Assembly (NCBI GenBank): GCA_002269645.1
Contig: NIVC01002127.1
Coordinates: 1 to 64,000, forward strand
Origin: Macrostomum lignano
Taxonomy: Eukaryota
Length of the DNA: 64,000 nucleotides
Direction of reading: 5' to 3'
Notes under the pieces: model-generated
Told to the model about the DNA's origin: nothing
Seen by the model: the letters and a program-made list of their open reading frames with translations, nothing else
The model's database searches: none
Shown: positions 53,421-64,000 of the stretch, in pieces
Numbering within the stretch: the stretch's first letter is position 1
How the letters are laid out: the number at the start of each line of letters is the position of its first letter
Translations under genes and position numbers: made by a program

Positions 53421-56400
53421 GTTAACCCAAAGTCTCAGTTGGCATATCTAGAACATTATATAAGGCGATTATCTGCTATGCTGACCAGTAGTGTCAGCTC
53501 CACAATTGGTGGCAGTGTAAAACCGCCTGTGTCAGCTGCAGCGGTGAGTTCATCTAGCAAATCTCCGGGTCACCAGCATCTTCGCCGGCTTGGTTGTCAG
53601 TGCTCAAATCCTCCATCAGTGAATGGTTCCGGTTTGATCTGCTGTCCAGGCTGTTCAGACTGGTTTCATCGGGACTGCGTTAGTCACCTGCTTGCTAATG
53701 TTAGTAATAATAAAGTTGGAGGCGATAAAGATAGTTCGACTGTGAATTCATTTCGATGCGAGTCGTGTCTCAGACTGCGACGGAATCCGAGTCCCGGTTA
53801 GTGTAGATTTCTAAATGTATTCTCATTTTTAGTCAATGGATAATTTAAAAAGCATGTCTACATCTACTTTAAAAAACCATTGGGAATTTCATTGGATTCA
53901 TCAGATAATGTCACCCACCAAAGGAAGACTAAGAGAGGACTCTATTACCCACTAGAAAAGTAAGTGTGAGGGTTCTATTACCCACCGTAGGGGGACTAAG
54001 AGAGGGTTCTATCACCCACCATAGAAGGACTAAGAGAGGGTTCTATCACCCACCATAGAAGGACTAAGAGAGGGCTCTATCACCCACCATAGAAGGACTA
54101 AGAGAGGGCTCTATCACCCACCATAGAAGGACTAAGAGAGAGGGTTCTATCACCCACCATAGAAGTACTAAGAGAGGGCTCTATCACCCACCATAGGATG
54201 ACAAAGAGAGGTCTTTCACCCACCATAGTAGGACTAAGAGAGAGGGTTCTATCACCCACCTTAGGACGACTAAGAGAGGTCTTTCACCCACCATATGGGC
54301 ACTAAGGTAGAGGGTTCAATCATCCACCAAAGTAACTGATACATGTATAATGTATCAAGTTGATGAATTCGCAGGCACTCCCGAGCACGGCTACGCTTAT
54401 GATGATCAACATCAACAGTCTCAGAATCTGCAACTCCATCTGCAGCAAGCAGTGCCTCATCATAATCAGCAGCAGCAATCTCAATTGCTGTCGCCACAAA
54501 AATTGTCATCGCCAACAAAACAGTCTCACGGCGCGGCGTCTTTCTATGAAACCTCAAGCGCAACCTACGGAGGCGGCGCCGGCCGTGGCGGCAGGAATTC
54601 CAGCGGCTCGAAGAAGATCAGCTTCTTGCCTAGATCTGATTCTTCTAGTAGCGGCCAGCAGCAACTAAGCAAACCGTCTACTAGTAAGGCGGCTGTTAGC
54701 GATGGTTAGTGATCGAATGGATTTATATGTTCTTGTCCATGGTATGTCTTGGTGTGTCCTTGGTATCTGTCTTAGTGTGTCCTTGGTATGTCTTAGTGTG
54801 TCCTTGGTATGTCTTAGTGTGTCCTTGGTATCTGTCTTTGTGTGTCCTTGGTATGTCTTAGTGTGTCCTTGGTATCTGTCTTATTGTGTCCTTCGTGTCT
54901 GTCTTATTGTGTCCTTGGTATGTCTTAGTGTGTCCTTGGTATCTGTCTTATTGTGTCCTTGGTATGTCTTAGTGTGTCCTTGGTATCTGTCTTATTGTGT
55001 CCTTGGTATCTGTCTTATTGTGTCCTTGGTATGTCTTATTGTGTCCTTGGTATGTCTTAGTGTGTCCTTGGTATCTGTCTTATTGTGTCCTTGGCATGTC
55101 TTATTGTGTCCTTGGTATGTCTTAGTGTGTCCTTGGTATGTCTTAGTGTGTCCTTGGTATCTGTCTTTGTGTGTCCTTGGTATCTGTCTTATTGTGTCCT
55201 TGGTATCTGTCTTATTGTGTCCTTGGTATCTGTCTTATTGTGTCCTTGGTATCTGTCTTATTGTGTCCTTGGTATCTGTCTTATTGTGTCCTTGGTATCT
55301 GTCTTATTGTGTCCTTGGCATGTCTTATTGTGTCCTTGGTATGTCTTAGTGTGTCCTTGGTATCTGTCTTTGTGTGTCCTTGGTATGTCTTAGTGTGTCC
55401 TTGGTATGTCTTAGTGTGTCCTTGGTATCTGTCTTTGTGTGTCCTTGGTATGTCTTAGTGTGTCCTTGGTATCTGTCTTAGTGTGTCCTTGGCATGTCTT
55501 AGTGTGTCCTTGGTATGTCTTAGTGTGTCCTTGGTATCTGTCTTTGTGTGTCCTTGGTATGTCTTAGTGTGTCCTTGGTATCTGTCTTTGTGTGTCCTTG
55601 GTATGTCTTAGTGTATCCTTGGTATCTGTCTTTGTGTGTCCTTGGTATGTCTTAGTGTATCCTTGGTATCTGTCTTATTGTGTCCTTGGTATCTGTCTTA
55701 GTGTATCCTTGGTATCTGTCTTATTGTGTCCTTGGTATGTCTAAGTGTGTCCTTGGTATCTGTCTTATTGTGTCCTTGGTATGTCTTAGTGTGTCCTTGG
55801 TATGTCTTAGTGTGTCCTTGGTATCTGTCTTTGTGTGTCCTTGGTATGTCTTAGTGTGTCTTGGTATCTGTCTTATTGTGTCCTTCGTGTCTGTCTTTGT
55901 GTGTCCTTGGTATGTCTTAGTGTGTCCTTGGTATCTGTCTTATTGTGTCCTTGGTATCTGTCTTAGTGTGTCCTTGGTATCTGTCTTTGTGTGTCCTTGG
56001 TATCTGTCTTATTGTGTCCTTGGTATCTGTCTTAGTGTGTCCTTGGTATCTGTCTTATTGTGTCCTTGGCATGTCTTATTGTGTCCTTGGTATCTGTCTT
56101 ATTGTGTCCTTGGTATCCGTCTTATTGTGTCCTTGGTATCTTTCCTAGTGTCTTTTATTTGTTTATCGATTATGCTTCTGTTGATGCCTACTTGACACTT
56201 CTAGTTTGTTGGTTTTCTTCTAAATTTCCCCGCCTGCATATTTCACTTATTCACCTATTCAAAAACTTATTGCAACCAAATAACCTGTCTGACTAAACTC
56301 AGGTGGTAAAGGCGCCGGTTCCTCTGGCCGTCGTGCACAGGACGCCCCCGCGGGCTCCGCTAAGTCCAATACTGATGCGGCCTCGCCTCCGCAGATTGAC

Positions 56401-59400
56401 GTGCTGGCTGAGATCTTTAGCGACACGACGCCTCGACATTCAGAGCACAAGTGGCCGGATATGAACTGCCGCATTTGCCAGACTGGATCGCCTGAGCCTG
56501 AGGTTTGAGTCTCCACTGGCTCTGTAGTGTGTGCCGGCTGTTGTCCCAGATCCTCAGTTGCTGGGCCAGCCTCCCGAATACTCAGTTGCAGTGCCAGCCT
56601 CCCAGATCCTCAGTTGCAAGGCCAGCCTCCCAGATCCTCAGTTGCTGGGCCAGCCTCCCAGATCCTCAGTTGCTGGGCCAGCCTCCCAGATCCTCAGTTG
56701 ATGAGCCAGCCTCCCAGATCCTCAGTTGCAGGGCCAGCTTCCCAGATCCTCAGTTTCTGGGCCAGCTTCCCAGATCCTCAGTTTCTGGGCCAGCTTCCCA
56801 GATCCTCAGTTGCTGGGCCCGCCTCCCGGATCCTCAGTTGCTGGGCCCGCCTCCCAGATCCTCAGTTGCTGGGCCCGCCTCCCAGATCCTCAGTTGCTGG
56901 GCCCGCCTCCCGGATCCTCAGTTGCTGGGCCAGCCTCCCAGATCCTCAGTTGCAGTGCCAGCCTCCCAGATCCCCAGCCCCTATCAGCGCAATTCCGCCA
57001 TACACTTCTGCCGCAGTACTTCAAAGCCAAGCCTCTCCAACCAATCGCAGAAGCTCCTCAGACAGCCTTTACGTCGCAGCGGCTTGCAATACGACGACGA
57101 TCGCGCAGTCGCATCGGTGCCTCAGCCTCCGCCAGCTTCATCAGACGGCATACCATATCATTCATACTACACAACCGCAGCTGTCGCAGACGAACCTTCA
57201 GCGGATGGCAACACCGAGAAGTCGTCAGTCGGTCAAGCAACACCTGTCGTCGAACAACAGCCTGACGACGCCGATCCCATGGATCTTGTCGACGACGAAG
57301 ATGACGAGAAGGAAGCTGGGAAGAATATTAATGCCGATAGCCGCGAGGCTCTGGCTAGGCAGCAGCTTAGCAAGCGAATTGCTGGGGTGGCTCAGCAGCA
57401 GCAGCAGCCACCGCGTCGACACGTTTGGTCCGGCATAGCCGACAGTCAGGCGGGAGAATTCCGACTTCGAGCCTATCCGGTCAGCGGCGCCGACTGCACG
57501 AATCCTAGGCGAATTGTCGGCCATTTTCCTGCGGATCGGCGGCTTATGCTGAAAGGCCGTTTGGCTAGGAGTACCTGTTTTGATTATCTTAAACAGATGC
57601 AAAGAGTTGGTACTAGAGATATATTGGTGCTTAGCTGCGTGCCAGATGGACAGGTGAGTCTGTAAAATATCACTTTTCTGGGTTAGTGATAGAAATTGAT
57701 TTTTAAGTTATAACTAATGACCGTTTAGACTATTGTATTGTACCATAAAAATGGCCGGTTTAATGTTTAGGTCATAACTAATTACGGGTTTAATGATTGA
57801 GTCACAAACAAGGACAGGTTTTATAATTAGAATATAACTAATGACCAGATTGATGATTGGGTCATAACTAATGAGCTATTTAATGATTGGGTCATATATA
57901 ATAACCGGTTTTATGATTGGTTCATAACTAGCGATTGGTTTGATAATTGGTTCATAAGTTATATATAGTCACGGTTTGATGATTGGGTCATAACTAATGA
58001 CCATTTTGATGATTGGGTCATAACTAATGACCAGTTTGATGATTGGGTCATAAATAATGACCAGTTTGATGATTGGGTCATAACTAATGACCAGTTTGAT
58101 GATTGGGTCATAACTAATGACCAGTTTGATGATTGGGTCATATATAATCACCGGTTTTATGATTGGTTCATAACTAGCGATTAATTTGATAATTGGTTCA
58201 TAAGTTATATATAGTCACAGTTTGATGATTGGGTCATAACTAATGACCATTTTGATGATTGGGTCATAACTAATGACCAGTTTGATGATTGGGTCATAAC
58301 TAATGACCAGTTTGATGATTGGGTCATAACTAATGACCAGTTTGATGATTGGGTCATAACTAATGACCAGTTTGATGATTGGGTCATATCCAATGATTGG
58401 TTTAATGATTGGGTCATAACTAATGACGGGTTTAATGATTGAGTCACAACCAAGGACAGGTTTTATAATTAGAATATAACTAATGACCAGTTTGATAAAT
58501 GGGTCATAACTAATGACCGGTTTTATAATTGGATCATATCTAATGACCAGATTGATGATTGGGTCATAACTAATGACCAGTTTGATAATTGGGTCATAGT
58601 TAATATTAACTAATGACTGGTTTGATGATAGGGTATATTTTACAGTAAGAATTAATTCAGCAAAAATGCTCCCATTAACGCAGCCGCACAAGCAGTCCTA
58701 CCTTGGCCTTCACCAAGCTCTAGTCGTGAAAGACATTGTTGCCGTGTGCGTGAACAAGCCGCCTCACGTGAAGGATTTTTATCTGTACGCCCTGCCTGCC
58801 AAAGCTCCCGTACCCTCCGTGCTTCTGCCTTTCAAAGGCCCAGGTAGGTTGCGTTGCGTTTCGTTTAATTTTTCTGGGTTTCTTAGAATCCAACTTTTTC
58901 AAATGTATGGATTTCGATCCCAATTGTAGATCTCATTATCGCCACATGCAAGCTCCCAATCGGAAGTCCACAGACCAAAAATCCCCATTCTCAATCCCAG
59001 AATCCTCATCCTCAGTCCAAGAATCCCCATTATCAGTCCTATAGAATCCCCATCCTCAGTCCTAGGCCTAGAATCACATCCTCAGTCCCAGAATCCCCAT
59101 CCTCAGTCCTATAGAATCCCCATCCTCAGTCCCAGAATCCCCATCCTCAGTCTAAGAATCCCCATCCTCAGTCCAAGAATCCCCATCCTCAGTCCAAGAA
59201 TCCCCATCCTCAGTCCAAGAATCCCCATCCTCAGTCCAAGAATCACCATCCTCAGTCTAAGAATCCCCATCCTCAGTCCAAGAATCCTCATCCTCAGTCT
59301 AAGAATCCCCATCCTCAGTCCTATAGAATCCCCATCCTCAGTCTAAGAATCCCCATCCTCAGTCCTATAGAATCCCCATCCTCAGTCCAAGAATCCCCAT

Positions 59401-60859
59401 CCTCAGTCCAAAAATCCCCATCCTCAGTCCAAGAATCCCCATCCTCAGTCCAAAAATCCCCATCCTCAGTCCAAGAATCCCCATCCTCAGTCTAAGAATC
59501 CCCATCCTCAGTCCAAGAATCCTCATCCTCAGTCTAAGAATCCCCATCCTCAGTCCTATAGAATCCCCATCCTCAGTCTAAGAATCCCCATCCTCAGTCC
59601 TATAGAATCCCCATCCTCAGTCCAAGAATCCCCATCCTCAGTCCAAAAATCCCCATCCTCAATCCAAGAATCCCCATCCTCAGTCCTATAGAATCCCCAT
59701 CCTCAGTCCAAGAATCCCCATCCTCAGTCCTATAGAATCCCCAACCTCAGTCCCAGAATCCCCATCCTCAGTCCCAGAATCCCCACCCCCAGTCCAATAA
59801 TCCCCATCCTCAGTCCCAGAATCCCCATCCTCAATCCAAGAATCCCCATCCTTAGTCCCAGAATCCCCATCCTCAGTCCCAGAATCCCCACCCCCAGTCC
59901 AATAATCCAGAACCGTGAGTAACGGTGAGAAAATTCCAAATACAATTTAATTACTCGCAGGCTTAAGCGAAGATCGGCCCCACCTGCTGCTGGCAATCAT
60001 AGTGAAATCTCGGGGCGAACAACATCAGCAGCCTCATCAGCATCATCACCAACAATCCGCGGTGTCCTACGAAACGTCGAAAAATCCGTCGCCTCCTCTA
60101 TCGCCGTCGGAAGTGCCCAGTCCGACGCCCAGTAGCGGTGGCGAGCCAGACTATTACGACTCGGTGGTCGGTGGTATTCAACAGCAGCAGCCGCCGCCTC
60201 CTCCGCCGCCGCCGCCTCCACCGTCTCAGCCAGCGGCGCCTTCTTTAGCTACGCCGGCTGACGGTAGCGACACTCCGCCGCCTCCGCCACCACCGCCGCC
60301 TCCGCCGCCGCCTCCGCCTCCGCCGCCGCCTCCGCCGCCGTCGCAGCAGCAGCAGCAGCAGCATCAGCCGCCTATGCCGCTGCCAGTAGACGACGTCCCT
60401 GTGGCAGCTTATTCAACCTCAGTGCCAGCTGATTATCTTGTCGACGCATCGCCAACAGCAACTCTGCCAAGCTATTGGTCGATGGAGCCTCAGCAACAGC
60501 AGCAGCAGACGCTGGATGTCTATAGTACTAGCTGGCCAAGTGTTGAAGGCTATTCACCGCCTCCTCCGCCACCGCCACCTCAGCATCCTCAGCCTCATCA
60601 TCATCATCAACCGCCTATGATGCCCTATGGACAGCCTAATAATAGTCAGTTTCCGTTTATGCAGCACCAGCATCATCAGCATCCGCCGAATTTCCCACCG
60701 CATTTTGCGCCAGTACGTCGTGGTGGCGGTGGCGGGCCACCAGAGCGAGGCTTTCATCGAGGACGAGGTGGCGGCCGCGGCTTCTGGCACCATCGAGGTC
60801 GAGGCGGAGGCGGAGGCGGAAACTATCACAGAGGCGGCGGTCATTTCGCGCCCTATTGA
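53421..60859 (+). CDS. DIDO1/PHF3-like PHD-SPOC protein; 5' exons not identified
   Basis: Exons about 53421-53796 (PHD: CQC..CPGC..WFHRDC..CESC), about 54375-54704, 56303-56502 (DTT..H..H...NCRIC motif), about 56988 or 57051 to 57653 (SPOC start VWSG..RAYPVSG), 58684-58843 (HVKDFYL..VPSVLLPFKGPG) and 59961-60859 (RPHLLLAII, Pro-rich region, RGG tail). Phases are consistent; several acceptors are ambiguous. Confidence 0.85.
53925..54330. repeat. Minisatellite, ~34-bp unit (intronic)
   Basis: gggttctatcacccaccatagaaggactaagaga. Confidence 0.92.
54735..56145. repeat. Minisatellite, 21/23-bp units (intronic)
   Basis: gtgtgtccttggtatgtctta and ttgtgtccttggtatctgtctta. Confidence 0.96.
56545..56978. 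repeat. Minisatellite, 28-bp unit (intronic)
   Basis: gatcctcagttgctgggccagcctccca. Confidence 0.95.
57795..58630. repeat. Minisatellite, 30-bp unit (intronic)
   Basis: gtttgatgattgggtcataactaatgacca, with higher-order duplicated blocks. Confidence 0.93.
58985..59908. repeat. Minisatellite, ~21-bp unit (intronic)
   Basis: agaatccccatcctcagtcca variants. Confidence 0.95.
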
Positions 60860-62473
60860 AGCAGTTGACTAAAACTAAACTGTTAATTGTGATCTTTTCA
60901 TAGTGACGCTTGGCAGCAAGGATTTAAATAATTGCGCTTGATTACATATTTGTTCGGATTTCTGCTAGATAATATCTTGATAGACTAAAATATAACAAAA
61001 AACGCTAGTTCAGCTACTTACTGTAAGTAGAATAACATGGTTTTTTAGTTTCTTTTAATTGAAGGCTAATGCAAAATAAGTTGTAAAGATTGCTTTGTAT
61101 ACTACAATGATAACGAGTTGAACTCTTGGTTTGCAATAATTGCTTTATTTTGTTTTCTATGTAGTACTACAGTAACTTGTGATTGCTCGATTCTTGTGTC
61201 ACATGTTCTGAGCAAGAATTGCATGCATCTGTAAATATTTTATGTCGCTAAAACAATACTGAGAAATTCTGTCGTTTTTTACTGCGTGTTACTTTTTAGG
61301 AGTAAATAAACTGATCACCGTTTAAGTTCGAGTTCTGACTTATAGTTTTCTAAACATAATCAATAATAGATTAAAAACTACACTGCCTGTTTTGTAAATT
61401 GAATTGTTATTCTTAGTATAAACTATTTTAGTTGCTTAATTCTTTACTCTCACCTCATTCAAAATTTATAATTTTTTCGAGTGAACTGAGCTAAATTTAT
61501 TTGTTTATCCACTCCGTTTTATTAGCCGATCTATTTGTCGCTTTTCCTTGACCGCATGCATTATTATTTCTTTCAGAAGCTTTAGGGTGTAGAAATCGCT
61601 AGTGATTTTCTACCTCTTGATTCGCATTGTTAATCCTGTATTTTACTTATTGCTTTTTCTGGGAATATAAGACTCACCAAGTTGTATTATTAAAAAGCTA
61701 TTTATATTTGTCTGTCGTAATAATTAAAACTAATCTCGTGTTTCAAAATTTAAATTGGCGCCAAGATATTATTCTTTGTTGACGTCGTTATCAAAAGGAA
61801 ATTATAAAAAGTGTGTATTGGGATTTCAGTTCACGTCGAGTTGTCGTACTTTTGTCTTAAATTCAAATTTTTGCGGTTCGTTAAAACCAAATTAGTTTTG
61901 GCGCCAATTCAAAATATTCGCTTAAATATTTGTTTTCGATAAGTTAGTTGTGTGAAAAGAATTAAATCTTCATATAAACAAATAACATTGTCTAAATACC
62001 TTAATAATACATTTAATTAAAATTTTATCTAGAGTAAAGTACTTTAAATTTCGCTGAGCATTCTGTATTTTATTACTTACTAAATTTGGTTAACTTGCTG
62101 CACTCATCCCTTGTAATTAATAACCTTAATTAGTAAATCACAAATTGTCGACTATGATATCCTAAATAATTGAGTCAAATACATTTCGCTTCATTCAATG
62201 ACTTTAACGCCTTTAATTACTGATCAGCCATTGGACTGAATTAAACCACCTGAGTCGTTTTTTGTCTGAATTTTATTGTTCCTTTTGTACAAAGCTTACT
62301 ACGATACATATCGGTTATTTACAATAGCTGGTATTTTTGACATTAAATAATTATTAAAATTGAAGACAAAATAAATTTCGATGCCTACGTACTGCAAAAA
62401 CAGATAAGGGGCAACTCGATTAAAACTAATTAACAATTAATATTAATTAATATTTCAGGCTGGTAAAAAGTTT

Positions 62474-62545
62474 CTCCCCGACCGGGAATCGAACCCGGGC
62501 CTTCCACGTGACAGGCGGAGATACTGACCACTATACTATCGAGGA
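62474..62545 (-). tRNA. trnD: tRNA-Asp (GTC)
   Basis: 72-nt cloverleaf TCCTCGATAGTATAGTGG..CTGTCAC..GGTTCGATTCCCGGTCGGGGAG. Acceptor, anticodon and T stems pair, and a TTTTT terminator follows at 62465-62469. Confidence 0.96.
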
Positions 62546-62582
62546 GTTACTTATTGGAAAAGATGTTTTGGTATATAAAGAT

Positions 62583-63939
62583 TCAACCAAACTGCAGGCG
62601 CTCTATGTAGAAAAACGTCTGATTTGGCAAGACGGAATTTTTCGAAATTTGTCGATGCAGACAAATGTCAGCTTGTCGTTCTTTTTAAGCCGCCTAACGC
62701 CGTACAGAATGCATTTAGTGAAGGCGCCAGCCAGATGGCTCTGCTCGCAGTGGATCCAATTGTTGTTGTTTAATTGAATGGAAGTCTCCACTGGCATATC
62801 TGTGATGTCGTCGCGGAATGTAACCTGAGAAAATTTGATGATTCGAAATGATTTCAATTAGCCTTAGTCCAAGATAAAAGCAGCTTATTAAATGAAATCA
62901 ATTAATGCGAAGAAGGTGTGTGATGTTCTACCTGAGGTGTGTTATGGACTCCCTGAGGTGTGTTATGGGCTTCCTGAGCCTGAGATGTGTTATGGACTCC
63001 CTGAGGTTTTATGGACTCCCTGAGGCGTGTTATGGACTCTGAGGTGTGTTATGGGCCCTCTGAGGTGTGTAATGAGCCATCTGAAGTGTGTTATGGACTC
63101 CCTGAAGTGTGTTACTGTTATGGACTCCATGGGGTGTGTTATGGGCCCTCTGAGGTGTGTTATGAGGAGCTGTCTGAGTTGTGTTATGGGCTGCCTGAAG
63201 GTGTGTTATGAGCCTCTGAGGTTGTGCTATGAAGTCCCTGAGGTGTGTTATGAACATCCCCTGAGGTGGGCTTTAATTTTGGGGCAACCCAAGCTGTGTC
63301 GTAATTATTATATAGCCAGTTCCGTCGTACGAATTTATAAATATGGTAATTCTGTCGAAACTTGAAAAAATTCATTTCTAATTAACAGCTCAGCAAAAAC
63401 CAACTCACCTGTGCAAATACTCGATACACTCCCAGATGATTAATAATTAGTTTCGCCATCTGGCCATCGTGATGAAGCTGTGCAAATTCTTTAGACCTGT
63501 TGCGCATCGAGTAGCCTCTTGCTGAAGGCTTGATGCTATCTTCTGTTAGGGGTCCGAAACTGTGGCCTGAATTGGGAAGGTGAACAGTAATTCATTCGGT
63601 TTTTTAGCAAGGTGATGGGGCTGATTTTAGGTGCAGTTGTTGATCGAAAGGGTAGTGTAGTGGATGGATCTGGGTAGTTTATTGCAACACAAAGCATGGG
63701 TTGAGTAGTTTAGAGGATTAATTTGGCTGTTTAGTGGATGGTTTATGTTGCTTAGTCAGTAGATGAGGTTATGATGCGGATTAGGCAGTTTAACAGAATT
63801 GTCATCTTTGCTCCCGGCAACTCTCACCCGTGGTGACGTAATCCGTTCCTTGCAGACAACCATTGTCGAGTCTTCTTTTGCCCACCGTTGAATGACACAC
63901 GTCCATTAGCTTGGTTTGAAACACAAGTCGCATCCATGC
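62583..63939 (-). CDS. Probable TNF-superfamily ligand, 3' exons (gene begins beyond the right edge)
   Basis: Exons 63828-63939, 63409-63566 (..KLIINHLGVYRVFAQ) and 62583-62824 (VTF..KCILYGVRRLKKNDKLTF..) join in frame and give the TNF-like G-x-Y-x-V-x-A-Q-V-T-F pattern. A shifted frame near 62640 gives the TNF-like ending QTFFYIERL; as written the frame stops at 62603. Confidence 0.6.
62930..63265. repeat. Degenerate minisatellite, ~22-bp unit (intronic)
   Basis: ctgaggtgtgttatggactccc variants. Confidence 0.85.
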
Positions 63940-64000
63940 CTGAATGAAATGATATGAAATGTATGAAATAGTAGAAAATCCGTCATCGACTACTACATGT

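Noticed and set aside
54702-56195. Hydrophobic Cys/Val-rich ORFs
   Set aside because: They come from an intronic 21/23-bp minisatellite between phase-compatible exons.
56505-56987. N-terminal half of the 386-aa ORF
   Set aside because: It is an intronic 28-bp array; only the part from about 56988 or 57051 is coding.

Overview
Animal genomic DNA with GT-AG introns, many minisatellites and several transposon types. The overall style resembles a free-living flatworm such as Macrostomum, but that is inference only. Spliced genes reconstructed by hand: (1) two tandem minus-strand SLC6 amino-acid transporter paralogs (copy B complete, 12 exons, about 722 aa; copy A runs off the left edge and has indels in its 3' exons); (2) a BTBD17-like BTB-BACK gene lying on the same strand inside an intron of SLC6 copy A; (3) a 3-exon SK/KCNN potassium channel; (4) a DIDO1/PHF3-like PHD-SPOC gene; (5) the 3' exons of a probable TNF-family ligand at the right edge, followed closely by tRNA-Asp(GTC). 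Mobile DNA: a decayed 1.3 kb mariner, a hAT transposase relic, four MITEs with target-site duplications, two tRNA-derived SINE families and more than 20 tandem arrays. The most striking structure is a 3.4 kb element (40448-43831) with CATGG-starting TIRs and a near-perfect 8-bp TSD. It has no recognisable transposase and carries two gene-like cargoes (a SAP-domain exon and an intronless Zn/coiled-coil/NHL frame) plus a third internal TIR. Exon 3 of the two SLC6 paralogs also appears to have been homogenised by gene conversion. Most long ORFs in the supplied track are tandem-repeat artefacts. All coordinates and counts were made by hand.
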